Under the pieces are notes generated by a model, which had not been told where the DNA came from, searched no databases, and was given only the letters and a program-made list of their open reading frames with translations. A stretch of 64,000 nt of DNA from Octopus vulgaris (lineage: Eukaryota). The position numbers and the translations under genes are program-made. The stretch covers positions 14,384,001 to 14,448,000 of the forward strand of contig OX597820.1 of the NCBI GenBank assembly GCA_951406725.2, given 5' to 3'. Of the stretch, positions 11,382 through 25,671 are shown in pieces; position 1 is the stretch's first letter, and every line of letters starts with the position of its first letter.

Positions 11382-12074
11382 CGTATATGTTTGTGTGTCT
11401 GTGTTTGTCCCTCCACCGTCACTTGACAAGTGATGTGGTGTGTTTATGTCCCCATAACTTAGCAGTTCAGAGACCGATAGAATAAGTACTAGGCTTACAA
11501 AAAATAAGTCCTGGAGTCGATATGTTTGACTAAACAGTCGTGCTCCAGCATGGCCACAGTCAAATGACTGAAACAGGTAAAAGATAAAAAGATACTGGGC
11601 TTCATGCTTTCACAGGAAATTAACACCATAGAGAGGTTACAATCTACCGCAGCAAACTGCAGGCCACAGAGAATAAGGAATTAGTCTTTTGCTGTTCCTT
11701 TACAGCAATAGATTTAGGTGTGTTGTGGTGAGAGTCACAACACCTTCTGCAAGATTAGACTAACCAAACGACTAAAAATAGTAGCGGTCTGGGTGAGATT
11801 GGGAAACAGAGCAGGCGTTAATCACAGGACGTTGTAAGGTGTCGTTTTGGTAGTTTGTTGGAATATCGCTTGTTGGTTTGTGTATCGTTTGTGAAAAGTT
11901 TGTTGGATTGTTGTATTGTTGTTACCCAGCTTCATCATATGTTTTATTGTTACTACACGGTTGTAGTGTGAAAACGTATCGTCATAACAATTGGCGATCG
12001 AGCAAAATATTTCCATCAAAACGCAAATCAATCACTTCACCACAAGAGATGACAGAATTACTTGTATGTAATGC

Positions 12075-12485
12075 GTAGGAGTGGCTGTGTGGTAAGTAAC
12101 TTGTTTACCAACCACATGGTTCTGGGTTCAGTCCCACTGTGTGGCACCCTTGGCAAGTGTCTTCTACTATAGCTTCGGGCTGATAAAAGCCTTGTGAGTG
12201 GATTTGGTAGACAGAAACTGAAAGAAGCCCGTCGTATATATGTATATATATGTATATGTATGTGTGTGTGTACATGTTTGTGTGTCTGTGTTTGTCCCCC
12301 CAACATTGCTTGATACTGGTGTGTTTACGCTCCCGTAACTTAGCAGTTCGGCAAAAGAAACCAATAGAATAAGTACTAGGCTTACAAAGAGTAAGTCCTG
12401 GGGTCAATTTGCTCAACTAAAGGTGGTGCTCCAGCATGACCACAGTCAAATGACTGAAACAAGTAAAAGAGTAAAGAGTAAGAGT
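12075..12485 (+). mobile_element. SINE family 1, full-length copy
   Basis: gtaggagtggctgtgtgg head through (GTAAAGA)n tail. Confidence 0.88.
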
Positions 12486-13567
12486 ATGTTGGACAAATTG
12501 CCTTGTAATATTTGGCCATGGTCCTTCTTGTCCATTCTAGTTTCATACAGTACTGAAGGGACATTTGTTGTTTGACCTTCCAGGGGTCAACGAAATAAAG
12601 CAACAATGATGTCTGGGGGGATGTAATTGAATTTTCTTATAATTCATGAGAGTCATGAATGAAATTATGATAGAAGGTCAGACGAGTTTTACCTTAATAG
12701 ATTCTTTGAATTTATAGAAGGAGATTAAAAAAAGTACAACATCTAGTCTAGACTAGTATGGGAAAAAGTGAATGTAAATACGTAAGGAAGAAAATGAAAG
12801 GAAATAAATAAAAATAAAAATAAAAACCTACTTCACATGAAGAACAAGGAATGTATGGGAAATTTGTCAATTTTATAGATGTACCTCTTCATGTTTAATA
12901 TATTATAATTTGTGAACAATGAACCTTTCTGTCTCTTACTCGTGTTTTTTCCCATCCGATAATGTTGGGGTTTAGCTTCCCAATTCACTAGATTCATTTG
13001 TAAAGATTTTGATGAGATTGCTTATACTTCCTACTATAACACCATTAAGCAGGCAACTGATCTATTGTACCCTTAACACTAATTTGTGTCCCCCGTCTAT
13101 AATGAAGGAGCCCACTGCCAGCCAAATCCCTTTTCAATGGATCCTAGCTTCTAAAATGTTATTTCCTAGAAAAAAATGTTTGATTAAATTCTAAAGTGTC
13201 ATTCTCTTGAATATGTTTTTGTCAGACTCCCTAAATGCCTGTTGTGTTCCCTAAACATTGTTCTGCTCCCTAATAATCTTTGTCTAAAATTTGTGTCAGC
13301 CTAGCTTCCAAGGCACCATTTTTCTGGAATGGATGATTGCCAAACTTCCTAAATGCCAACAGCTATAAATCCTGCTGTGCAAATTTTGGATACTCATGCT
13401 TCTAATGAACAAATCATAGTTCCATAGCATTTTGGCAGAGAATGACAAGGAAGTGTTGAATTTAATCCAGGGCAAACATTGCAAGAAACTCTATTCAAAG
13501 AGCCTGGCTCTTTTGGTCTCCTCACCAATGTTTACATCCTTTGCCAGGCAATACATTAGCAAAAGAT

Positions 13568-13599
<32 letters not shown>

Positions 13600-14176
13600 A
13601 TATGTATGTGTGTTTGAAAGTGCATGACCCAGTGGTCAGGGTGTTGGGCTCATGATCATAAGGTCATGTGTTCAGTTTCTGGAGTGGATAACGTGTTGTG
13701 TGCTTCACTAAGATGCTTCCTTTCACAATGTTCCAGTCTACTGCTTACTTAAGCCCTTCAATCCTTATGAAACTTAAACCATTGATAATCCTTCTCTACT
13801 AATCTCTAATCTCTTTTCAGCTCCCTTCCAGCTGAATCCCTGCTTTTACAGCTCTGCCTCAATATCCTGCCTATGTTTCCCTCAGGGAAGGCTTTCTCCT
13901 GTCAGGTCCAGCTGGATTTGAACTGCCATCAATACATCTGTAACTTTGCTTTTTTTCTAGATAGTTGGCCCCAAGGAAACCCACTTTTACCTCTGAGACA
14001 AAGTGATCCATATCAGCCTGGCCTCTATCCTTTGACTTGTCCAGCATGGAAGACCCTGTCAGTAGCTTGCACTCCACTAGCATAGCTTTCAAGGTGCTGA
14101 AAATTCGTACTAGCTTTGTGCTGGGCAGCCCTTTGTCTCCCAGTCAATGTTGCCCTAGATCAAGGGCTGTGAAAGC

Positions 14177-15396
14177 TTAGAGTGTACTCTTTGTTGACCA
14201 ACTGGCCAGATGGAACCTAATGGGTGTAGATGATGCTTTTGCTGTTGAAAAAAGGGGGTCATCATGAGCTTCCATGCTTTTCCTGGCCTTCATGTGTCTG
14301 GGGAAGCCAGAATGCTTCCATTGGGTGCACTGTCTCTTGGTCTCTGGATCAAAATAGTAGATCCAGCTTTCATCGCAGGTCACCAGAGGTCCAAGTACTC
14401 TTGGTAATGAGCTACACAATCTCATTGCTGTTTCTAACACATCTTTCCTTCTGTTCATCACTAAGCTCCCTGGGAACAAATTTTGTAGAAATTTTGCACA
14501 AATTTTTACACAAATTTTTCACAAATTTTTACATAAATTTTACACAAATTTTTACACAAATTTTGCAGAAATTTTTACACAAATTTTGCAGAAATTTTTA
14601 CACAAATTTTGCACAAATCTTTACACAATTTTTGCACAAAGTTTTACACAAATTTTTACATAAATTTTACACAAATTTTTACACAAATTTTGTACAAATT
14701 TTTACACAAATTTTGCACAAAATTTTACACAAATTTTTGCACAAATTTTTCACAAATTTTTATACAAATTTTTCACAAATTTTTACATAAATTTTTCACA
14801 AATTTTTACATAAATTTTACACAAATTTTTCCACAAATTTTGCACAAATTTTTACATAAATTTTACATAAATTTTTACATGAATTTGCACAAATTTCTAC
14901 ACAAATTTTACACAAATTTTTACACAATTTTGCACAAATTTTGCACAAATTTTTACACAAATTTTCCACTGAGTTTTACACGAATTTTGCGCAAATTTTT
15001 ACACAAATTTTGCACAGTTTTACACAAATTTTGACATATTTTCGACAAATTTTTACACAAATTTTGCACATTTTCATATCTTCATGAATAATTCTGTGTA
15101 CAGTAACAACACCAACTGCAAATTGTATGTTTATTGTTTTTATAGACACATGATGATCTACATTCAGAAAATTGTGAATTTTCTCAGCCAGCTCTGATGT
15201 TCTGACGTTCAACTCTCTCCCACACTTCTCATCGTCTCTCTACTGTCCTTGAACCCCTGATGACAGCAAAAAACAGATGCTTGGCTCATACAAGTTAATC
15301 TATGACCAGTTTGGAGCATTTCATAAGTTTCTGTACAGTTTCTCCCAGTTTAACTCAAAACTTTATTGTATAAGCAATCTCCCAAATTGTCCTCAT
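14177..15396 (-). pseudogene. Degenerate mariner transposase interrupted by a minisatellite
   Basis: N-terminal remnant (TVHRIIHEDMKMCKIC) at 15050-15396; KFVPRELSDEQKE (WVPHEL linker) at 14445-14485; LVTCDESWIYYFDPETKRQCTQWK (first catalytic Asp) at ~14315-14390; frameshifts and stops present. Confidence 0.88.
14478..15072. repeat. 11-12-bp minisatellite (ttttacacaaat / ttttgcacaaat), ~50 copies
   Basis: Direct reading; lies inside the mariner ORF. Confidence 0.95.
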
Positions 15397-15722
15397 CTCC
15401 TGAGTGTACTCTAAGCTGCTGTGATAAATGGTATTTATTAGGATGTGTTTGAAGTACTGTTACAGCCGTCTCCTTCAATCTCTGAATAAGACAATTCGGC
15501 AGATCAGCTTATTAGATTTATAGTAACAATAAACTAAAATTACAATTACCAAGAACAGATGTAAAGCAGATGTGAAACAGATGTAAAACAGCTGTAAATG
15601 CCTCTCTTAAAACACTCCTTCTGGAATGCACCATGTATATTTGTATATGTATTCCACTGAATATAGGTAAATAACCTTTCGAACAGACAGTCAGCAGTGA
15701 TGCCTGCTGGGTTTGGCTGCTT

Positions 15723-15761
15723 CACATTGATAAGGGGCAAAAACCCCGAAACTAGTCTGTG
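15723..15761 (+). ncRNA. Degenerate minimal hammerhead ribozyme of Penelope type
   Basis: CACA-TTGATAA-GGGG-caaaaa-CCCC-GAAAC-TA-GTC-TGTG: stems I and II intact, GUC triplet, palindromic ACTAGT; core two transitions away from CTGATGA. Confidence 0.65.
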
Positions 15762-16009
15762 GATTTTGAACCAGCAACGAGAAGCTGCTGACCTCCCCTG
15801 TTCAAAGGTTGCAATCAACACAGGTTTGTGTGTCACATAGCTAGCTACAGACGAAAAATAAACAAGTAAAAGGTAAAATATGAAATATATGTCTCTTGTA
15901 TGATGTAATCCCTCTCAGCACCACCAACACCACCGACATTGCCGCTGCCACCACCACAAGATAATCAGCAACAAATCTATACCAAAATTTCTTTTCAAAT
16001 ATTATAAAC

Positions 16010-16610
<601 letters not shown>

Positions 16611-16872
16611 GTAATGAGGTGAAATGAAAACAAGAGGGGGAAACTTTATTCACACAATCATAATGAATTGTTAGAATATGAGAAAACAGTTTGTTGGGCG
16701 TGAGAAAAACATGAAAACTTGGACTAAATGTTGAATATTCAATTCATATGATGTCATCATCATCATCATCATCATCATTTGTAATGGTTGATTTGTAATA
16801 ATGGCTGGAAAAAGATACTAACATGTAAATACATATATATATAGTATCGCGAAATATATATATATATATATA

Positions 16873-17185
16873 TCACTGTGATCACTGTGACCGATTAGGC
16901 TATCAGATGTTGCTACACATCGCTGGTCACAATGCACTTCGCAGTGTTTTAGCCTTCAAATGACGCCACCCTGCTGGTTAAGTGAGCAGGCCAACAGAAG
17001 AAAGAGTGAGAGAAAGTTGTGGCGCGAGAGTACAGCAGGGATGGCCACCACCCCCTGCCGGAGCTTCATGTAGCTTTAGGTATTTTTGCTCAATAAACAC
17101 TCACAATGCCTGGTCCGGAAATTGAAACCGCGATCCTACAACCGCGAGTCCGCTGCCCTAACCGCTGGGCCATTGCACCTCCACA
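16873..17185 (-). mobile_element. tRNA-derived SINE related to the family-4 head, with a different 3' part
   Basis: Minus strand ggaggtgcaatggcccagcggttagggcagcggactcgcggttg...ggtttcaatttcc; shares cacaactttctctcactctttc with family 4; (TCACAGTGA)2 tail. Confidence 0.75.
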
Positions 17186-17194
17186 CACACACAC

Positions 17195-17302
<108 letters not shown>

Positions 17303-17436
17303 CGTGATACTAATAACCCGATGTAGGACTCAATATACTCAAGCTGGTGAAGCTCATAAGAAAGTCATTTATTTACTTGTCATCATCATCATATGTATAT
17401 GATGATGGTGATATAGATATATAAATACATTAAGAC

Positions 17437-17491
<55 letters not shown>

Positions 17492-17791
17492 AAATAATGA
17501 GGGAGATAAATTGAATATTAATTTAATTAATATCAATTTAAACCAGTAGCCTAGCATATATAAACAATCTGAAAAATCAGAAAAAATTTCAATACATGTA
17601 TATTTAGGGATAAACCACTAGGTGGATAACCATACGCTAGAAGAAGATCACATACGATCTAACTACAAAGAAAACATGTTCTCTGGAGAACATTTTTTCT
17701 TTGTGGTTAGATCTGTTTATCCCTAATTATACACATGTATATATATGTGTGTGTGTACCTACATATGTATGTATGTATATATGTGTGTGTG

Positions 17792-17825
<34 letters not shown>

Positions 17826-17826
17826 A

Positions 17827-18400
17827 CTAGCAGAGATACCCAGTGTTGCCTGTGTCACATGGAATTGAAGAATTAGACTTTTCTTTTATATTTTCTCGAA
17901 TGAACTGGAATATCCATGATTCGAATTTCATCAAAATTGGAGATTTAGAATTTTAATGGGGATTCTTTCCCCCTTTACACAACCTAACAAAAATTCTAAT
18001 CATTACATATCTATCCTATTCTACTCGTATTTATGCCCAGATTCCAAAATCCAAATCTTATAAAACCCATGCAAAGGTTTTTGCTCCTGTAAAATGGAGC
18101 ATATGGAGCTCTAAAATGTGGGAGTTAAGGCCCCTATTGTGCGAAGGGAATCTTAAAGTCAACCAGAGAAGTTGAATTGTTGGGAATCTTTTTTTAACTT
18201 GTCTTATCTCTATTGTTCAGATTTCTTTGAAATCAGAAATATATGAATGTTCACTGGGTTTGTAAAAGAGAGCAAAGCTAGAGAAAACCAAAAGATGAAT
18301 GATCAGCTACCCTAGTTGTTACCACTCCCCGAAGTAGAATTCCTCACCATACAGGTGGTATATGTATGTATATGTATATATATATATATAGATATAGATA
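17827..18400 (-). mobile_element. Non-autonomous Helitron-like element
   Basis: Minus-strand 3' end caggcaacactgggtatctctg-CTAG|T with degenerate subterminal hairpin; the far end runs into tatatagatataga (TC-type start). Confidence 0.5.
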
Positions 18401-18729
18401 TATATGCTCTGATCCTTGTTACCCTGGCACTTCTCCATCTCTCTCCTGTTCTCTCTTATACTTTTGCTTTTTCCTACTCTCTCTCTCTCTTCCTCTCACT
18501 CTTTCTCTTCTCCCTCTATCTTTCTTTCTTTCTCTCTCACTGGATACACCTATTTCTCTGTCACACTCAAACCTTTCATCATCTGATACCAGATTACCTC
18601 CTCCAATTCCCCCCCTCCCCGTTATAGCAAGACACCTGCTTTTGTCTCTCTGTCACACTCTAACCTCTGACACAAGTTCCCCTCCACAAATGCCCCTGCC
18701 CCTCTTATAATTCCTTGCCTTGTGAGTTA

Positions 18730-19002
18730 CTTGGTGACCCTGCCAGTGCTGGTGCCACATTTAGAGGGGCATCCAGCTGTAAAAATCATACCAAGACTAA
18801 CCTCACCTGTGCTAGTGCCATGTAAAAAGCACTGAGTCCATCCTACAGAGTGATTAGGGTTAGGAAGGGCATCTAGCCATAAAAACCCTGGCAAGACAGA
18901 TACAGTAGCTTAGAGTAGTTTGCTATGTTGCTGGCTCCTGACAACCGTCCAACCCATGCATACATGAAAGATGGATCGTAAACATTGATGATGATGATGA
19001 TT
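18730..19002 (+). mobile_element. Family-3 retroelement tail with one internal ~100-bp duplication
   Basis: ggcatccagctgtaaaaa...cctgtgctagtgccatgtaaaaagcactgagtcca...ttaggaagggcatctagcc, then (GAT)n tail. Confidence 0.8.
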
Positions 19003-19122
19003 ATGATATATATATATGTGTGTGTGTGTTTATTTATTATGGTAGATTTGACTTTAAGAGTCCCTCCTAGCGTGAGGCATTTATGTATAGTAATGCCTTT
19101 AATAAAAAAAAAAATATATATA

Positions 19123-19168
<46 letters not shown>

Positions 19169-19212
19169 TATACATGCATGTATATATTTGTATATGTATA
19201 TACGTATGTGTG

Positions 19213-19284
<72 letters not shown>

Positions 19285-19959
19285 TTCTGTTGTGTCTGGG
19301 GAGAGTCATTTTATTTTTGTGCCTTTTACTGACCGGTAAAATTTCCACTTATTTCTTATTTTTATTTTCCTAAAACCTTTTCAATAGCCTTGACTCTGTC
19401 CATTATTTACACTGCGTTCCTTTTTGTTTGTTTGTGCGCATGTGTGTGTGTGTGCGTGCCTATGCATACATGTACATATGCATGTATGTGTGTATGTATA
19501 TATGTATGCATATGTGTGTATGTGTACGTGTATGTATGCATATGTATATATGTGTTTGCCTCTGTATGTATGTATTCTGCATATTCATGTGCTTGCATGT
19601 CTGTGTTTGTGTATTTTTTATGTATATGTGTGTGTAAGCGTGTTTGTATATGTATGCATCTCTGTCTCCTTGTGTGTGCATGTGTGTGTGTTTTGCAACT
19701 ATGTACCATGTTTGTATGTATGGATGTGCATCTCTATATGTGTGGACACAGGTCACCATATGTGTCCTTGTGTGAGTAAAGTGTGTGTGTAGATGATATA
19801 TATATATATATATTATATTGAGGGTACTACTATTCGTAGATGCCAACACGCTAGGAGGGACCAATGCGGTCAAAACTACTAAAAATAAACAAAATTTTAC
19901 CGAGGTTTTTCACGCTGACTACTGATAATTTCTTTTAAAGATTTTATCCTCAATTGTTA

Positions 19960-19997
<38 letters not shown>

Positions 19998-20676
19998 TCT
20001 ATCTACCTATCTATATATTTATATATATACATGTATATGTGTATATGTGTGTGTGTGTATAATATATATATACATGCATATATATATGTATGTATATATT
20101 TGAATATATATATATATACATATATACATTCATACATATATATATATATATAAGAATGCCATATTAATATGGCGATAGCAATTAATTTATATATATATAT
20201 ATATACATATATATATAAAATCCAACTGATAAGACAAAGAAAATGTACTTATGCTGTGTCCTGTAAAGAAGCACCTGTCCCAGCACCATGTAAAAGAGCA
20301 CCAATACCAGCGTCGCATAATAGGAACCCATGCTGGTGCCACGTAAAAAGCACCCAGTACACTCTGTAAAGTGGTTTGTGTTTAGGAAGGGCGTCCAGTT
20401 TTAGAAGCCATGCCAAATCCTGTCAAACCGTCCAACCCATGCCAACATGGAAAAACGGATGTTAAATGATGATGATGATGATTTGACTGACAAAATAGTA
20501 AGTCATTCTTGCAATGCTTGTTAACAGAACCTTCTATGATGACTGAGGAAAAGGCAAAAGTGTTGTACAGTCTTTAGTCACTTAAATTCTGTGACGTACA
20601 GGGGTCTCACAATTCATTCACTGCGTGATGGCTATCATCTGACAAGATGAGGCAGTCATCGTCATGTATATATATA

Positions 20677-20725
<49 letters not shown>

Positions 20726-21024
20726 GCAACAAGGATATCCAAGGTAGTGTAGTACAATTGTTTCATGCTACTTCATTTTATTAAACACTGTAAGTATTAC
20801 ATCAGTTTTAAAATGTCGAGCAATCTTCAGCCACATATAGAAATAATTTTTTAATTAAATGGACAATGCACATTCTTATACTTATTTCATTTGCCAACAT
20901 TACAAAGAGGGTAGATATATAGACGAGTGTGTGTGAGTGTGTGTGTATGAATGTGTGAGTGTGTGTGTATGAATGTGTGTCTGTGTTTATTCCCCACCAT
21001 ATTGTTATTCTTTTGCGAGCTAAC

Positions 21025-21279
21025 TTGGACTGGAATCTCCACCCCACCTCCCCTCTTTAGCAGGCTCCACCTCGTCAAACACGAAATGCAACAAGCACCA
21101 ATACGAAATGGCAAAAATGCCTGCAGAGGGGAATTCAAAATAATTGATAACTGATATCGTAGCATAGATATAGCATGGATAGATTTGCTAACTTATATTT
21201 AAGACAAAAAAAAAAACACACAAACAAAACAGAACAAAACAAAAAAAATTCTGAAACTAACTTCATCATATCAGTACTG

Positions 21280-21312
<33 letters not shown>

Positions 21313-21407
21313 GTTGTAGTAGCCGTAGTAACTTCAACAGTTTATACCTGAGCAGGCATGACAATATACAAAGATATAATCAGTGAGATGTTATGGTAAA
21401 AGACCAT
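21025..21407 (-). other. Candidate two-exon 5' end of a minus-strand gene (exon A ending 21348; exon B 21120-21025)
   Basis: CAG|GTATAA donor, ttcccctctgcag|G acceptor, 96-nt exon ending CAA|GTTAGC; unique sequence downstream of a GC/GA-rich promoter-like tract (21435-21575). Confidence 0.35.
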
Positions 21408-22436
21408 CTCAATAGAATACAGAATACACAATCCCTCCCCCTCTCCTTTCTCTCTCTCTCTCTCTCTTTCTTTCTCTCTGCCCCCCCCCCCCTCCGCCGC
21501 CGGCCACGATCCTCTCTTCTCTTCTCTTCTCTCTCGTCTTCCTCTTGTATCTCCTCATCTACTTGCGCGGTCAGTGTTTTGTTGCAATACTTTAATAGCT
21601 CAGAGGAAAAGGGCTGCAAAAGATGAAACGAAATAGGCTTGGTAATCTTCAATATATTGATTTTATTTCCTTCTTTTGTATTGATTTGTCTCATGTAGTT
21701 GTATGACTTTTATCGCCAATAATGATTATTATTGTTACCGAACTGGCGACACAACTCTTGTATTTAATCTAGCCTTTTGTCACATTCGCTTGCTTCAACT
21801 TGTCTTCACAGCTCTGCATTTATACACAGCGAGTTGCTGTTTATTTGCTAATATTACCAGCTTTATTGCTACTGCATATTGGCAATTGTCGATGAACATA
21901 TGGTGTTTTCCCTGCGGACTTATAATATAACAGGCTTTTGTAATTTCAAAGGTTATGGGGTGATCTGACTTAACAGTGGACCTTTCGACCAGTATTTACA
22001 AGGTTTGGGAAACTAGACAAAGAGATAAACATGTAGGTTCCTGAATAGTCAACACCATTCACATTTTTACTATGAATAGATTAAAATATATTTGCAATTT
22101 TGCTTCTCTTTCGGTTTGGTCCACATATTACCAATTCTAAATGAATTCTGGTTCCATTGTTTGGTTATTTCAACTTTTCTCTCCTAATACTTTTTCACCT
22201 AATTTTCTCTATAAATTATTTATGCTCCTTGACTAGTCTCTCCTGCAGAGAATAATCTGATATCTCATTCTGTATATTACATACAATGTGTAGGTGCATG
22301 GCTTAGTGGTTAGAATGTCACACTCATGAGTCTAAGGTTGTGGTTTCAATTCCTGCACTGATCAATGCTTTGTGTCCCCAAGCAAAACATTTCATTTTAT
22401 GTTGGTCAGGTCCACTCAGCTGGCAAAAACGAGTAA

Positions 22437-22671
22437 TTCTTATTTCTTTATTGCCCACAAGGGGCTAAACATAGAGAGGACAAACAAGGACAGACAAAGG
22501 GATTAAGTCCATTACATCAACACCAGTGTGTAACTGGTATTTAATTTATCGCTCCGAAAGGATGAAAGGCAAAGTCGACCTTGGCGGAATTTGAACTCAG
22601 AACATAAAGACTAGACGAAATACTGCTAAGCATTTCGCCCAGCGTGCTAACGTTTTTGCCAGCTCGTCACC
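22437..22671 (-). mobile_element. SINE family 2 (gtcgactttgcctttcatcctttcggggtcgataaa core)
   Basis: Matches copies at 24444-24880, 33692-34004, 47365-47817, 57921-58043 and 60858-61136. Confidence 0.85.
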
Positions 22672-23434
22672 TTATACAAGTAATTCTGCAATGAATTGGT
22701 GTCCTGTCCATTGAGGAATATATTTGCAAAGGATCCTGGGAAATTGACCTTATGAGCCAAAGGCTCAGGAAGGAACTGAGATTCTATTTTGATATTACAT
22801 ATAAAATATTGTGGGAGTAGTGAGGGCACATGGCTTACTGGTTAGGGCATTTGGCTCACAACCATAAGGTGGTGAGTTCAATTCCTGGTAGTTTGTTGTG
22901 CCCTTGAGCAAGACAGTTTATTTCCTGTTTCTTCAGTCCAATCAGCTGGCAAAAATGAGTAGTACCCGTATTTCAAAGGGGCCAGTCTTGTCACATTCTG
23001 TGTCATGCTGAATCTTCCTGAGAACTACATTAAAGGTGCATGTGTTTGTGGAGTACTCAGCCACTTGCAGTTTACATGGGGAAATATTACTTTGCTTGTA
23101 AACAAGCGAGAGTTGGCAACAGGAAGGGCATCTGGCTGCAGAAAATCTGCCTCAGTAAACTCTATCAGACTCATGCAAGCATGGAAAGGTGGACATTAAA
23201 ACGATTTCTATAGCTGGATGCCCTTCCTAACATCAACCACTCCAAGAATGTAATGGGTACTTAACTAATGGAAAATTGTTAAGCTAATGGTGGTGATATC
23301 TGCTGTTCAAATGTGAAAAACTCACATTTTAACTGATCACAAAAGAGACAATGTAAAGTCAAGAGGATTCTGTGGGTCTTGCAAAGGACAAGACACCTCT
23401 CTAGTGTTGGTACCAAGGTAAAATGTATGAAGTA

Positions 23435-23583
23435 CTGTATTTTAATGTGTATAAGAACCCCACCGCTTTTTGTCAAAAATTAGGTTAAAAAAATATGGGG
23501 GTTTCTTATACATGGATAGTATCCTTTTTCCCAAATTTTAAGCCCCTAAAATTAGGAGGTTCCTTATACACATTAAAATACGG
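23435..23583. mobile_element. pogo/Tigger-type MITE
   Basis: TIRs ctgtattttaatgtgtataagaacc / ggttccttatacacattaaaatacgg; TA on the left, TG on the right. Confidence 0.75.
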
Positions 23584-24443
23584 TGTATTGTGTAAAGTGA
23601 TTGGTGTTAGGAAGAGCATCCAATCATCATCATCATCGTTTAAGATCTGCTTTCCATGCTGGTATGGGTTGGACAGTTTAACTGAGAACTGGCAAGTTGG
23701 GAGGCTGCACCAAGTTCCAATCTGATCTGGATGTCCTTCCTAATGCCAACCACTCCAAGAGTGTAGTGGGTGGTTTTTTATGATAGAAACAAAGCAAATA
23801 TGTTACACAAACATGAGATGTGGTCCTCCTCCACTCTTTGTCTTTGAGGGAAGGTGGAAGGAACTATATTTCTAAGTGAGATCTTCATCAGTTCATGACA
23901 ACCTGTCCAACACATGACAGGATGGGAAACAGACATAAAATAACGATGATGATAATTGTGGTGGTGATGATAATGATGACGATCTTGATGGTGGTGATGA
24001 TGACGATGATCTTGGTGGTGATGATGATCTTGATAGTGATGGTGATGATGATGGTAATAGAGAAGATGACAATGACAACAACAATCAACATATTTTCTAT
24101 TGAATATGGAAGCAGAAGGCAGGAACTAGACATTTTCTAATAAGGAATAACATATAAAAAAAAGCAAAAAAAACCCCCAAAAAACAAAAAAAACATGTAA
24201 AGTTGGTCAGAGAAGTGGGAGCGTCCATAACCTTTCCATAACCCTCCCAGACATGTAAGATTAAATTACCATAAAATTCCATGCATATTATATGCTTATT
24301 TTCACCAACTTCAACATTAAAATTTAAGGAGTGTAGGTGGTAAGATGGCTGATCCGTTAGAATGTTGGACAAAATATTTTGTGGTGTTTGTTTGGCTTTT
24401 CATGGTGTTGAGTCAAAAGTTTGCAATATCTTGCTAATGTCAA

Positions 24444-25292
24444 GGCAGCGAGCTGGCAGAAATGTTAGCACATGGGGAAAAGTGCTTAGCTGTATTTCGT
24501 CTGTCTTACGTTCTGAGTTCAAATTCTGCCGAGGTTGACTTTGCCTTTCAACCTTTTGAGGTCAATTAAATAAGTACCAGTTACGCACTGGGGTCGATAT
24601 AATCGACTTAATCCGTTTGTCTGTCCTTGTTTGTCCCCTCTGTGTGTAGCCCCTTGTGGGCAGTAAAGAAATAAGAAACGTTAGCAGGTGGGGCGAAGTG
24701 CTTAGTGGTATTTCGTCTGCCGCTACGTTCTGAGTTCAAATTCCGCCAAGGTCGACTTTGCCTTTCATTCTTTTGGGGTCGATAAATTAGGTACCAGTTG
24801 ATTACTAGGGTCGATCTAATCGACTGGCCCGCCCGCACCCCCAAAATTTCGGGCCTTGTGCCTAGAATGGAAAAGAATATTTTATTACTTCTTTGCTTTG
24901 TTCATAGGCATAGGAGTGGCTGTGTGGTAAGTAGCTTGCTTACAAACCACATGGTTCTGGGTTCAGTCCCACTGCGTGGCACCTTGGGCAAGTTTCTTCT
25001 ACTATAGCTTTGGGCCAACCAAACCCTTGTGAGTGGATTTGGCAGATGGAAACTGAAAGAAGCCTGTTGTATATATACATATGTACGTGTGTGTGTATAT
25101 GTTTGTCCCCCCAACATTGCTTGACAACCGATGCTGGTGTGTTTACATCCCCATAACTTAGCAGTTTGGCAAAAGAGACCAATGGAATAAGTAATAGGCT
25201 TACAAAGAATAAGTTGTGGGGTCAATTTGCTTGACTAAAGGCAGTGCTCCAGCATGGCCACAGTCAAATGACTGAAACAAGTAAAAGAGTAA
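24444..25292 (+). mobile_element. Two tandem family-2 SINEs followed by a full-length family-1 SINE
   Basis: ggcagcgagctggcagaa head; core repeated at 24530 and 24748; family-1 head at 24907. Confidence 0.85.
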
Positions 25293-25671
25293 ATTACAAC
25301 AAAAGCAGCTTAGCATTTGAAGTAGAGGTCACCGAGTTGCACCGTCTGGTCAGTTCTTTGATCCCATTCTGATACCAGTTCTTGTTCTTTGAGGTGAATA
25401 ACTCCTTTGCTGAAGCTTCTACCTTCTTTTGGTTGATGAAGCATCGCAAACACAGGAAGTGAGCCATGCATCAGAACAAATAAGAATGCTGGGAAGTACT
25501 GACAGAACAAAAATTTTGAATGTGAGTTAAAACATACAGGCATGGCTGTGAGATTAACAAGCTCATTTGGCAACCATGTGATACCAGGTTCAGTCCTACT
25601 GTGTGTCACCTTGGGCAAGTGTCTTCTACCTCAGCCTCAAGCCAACCAATTCCTTGTAAATTTGGTAGATA

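Noticed and set aside
12870-13560. Possible host coding exon
   Set aside because: Stops are frequent and no credible splice pair was found; at most a highly decayed LINE RT.
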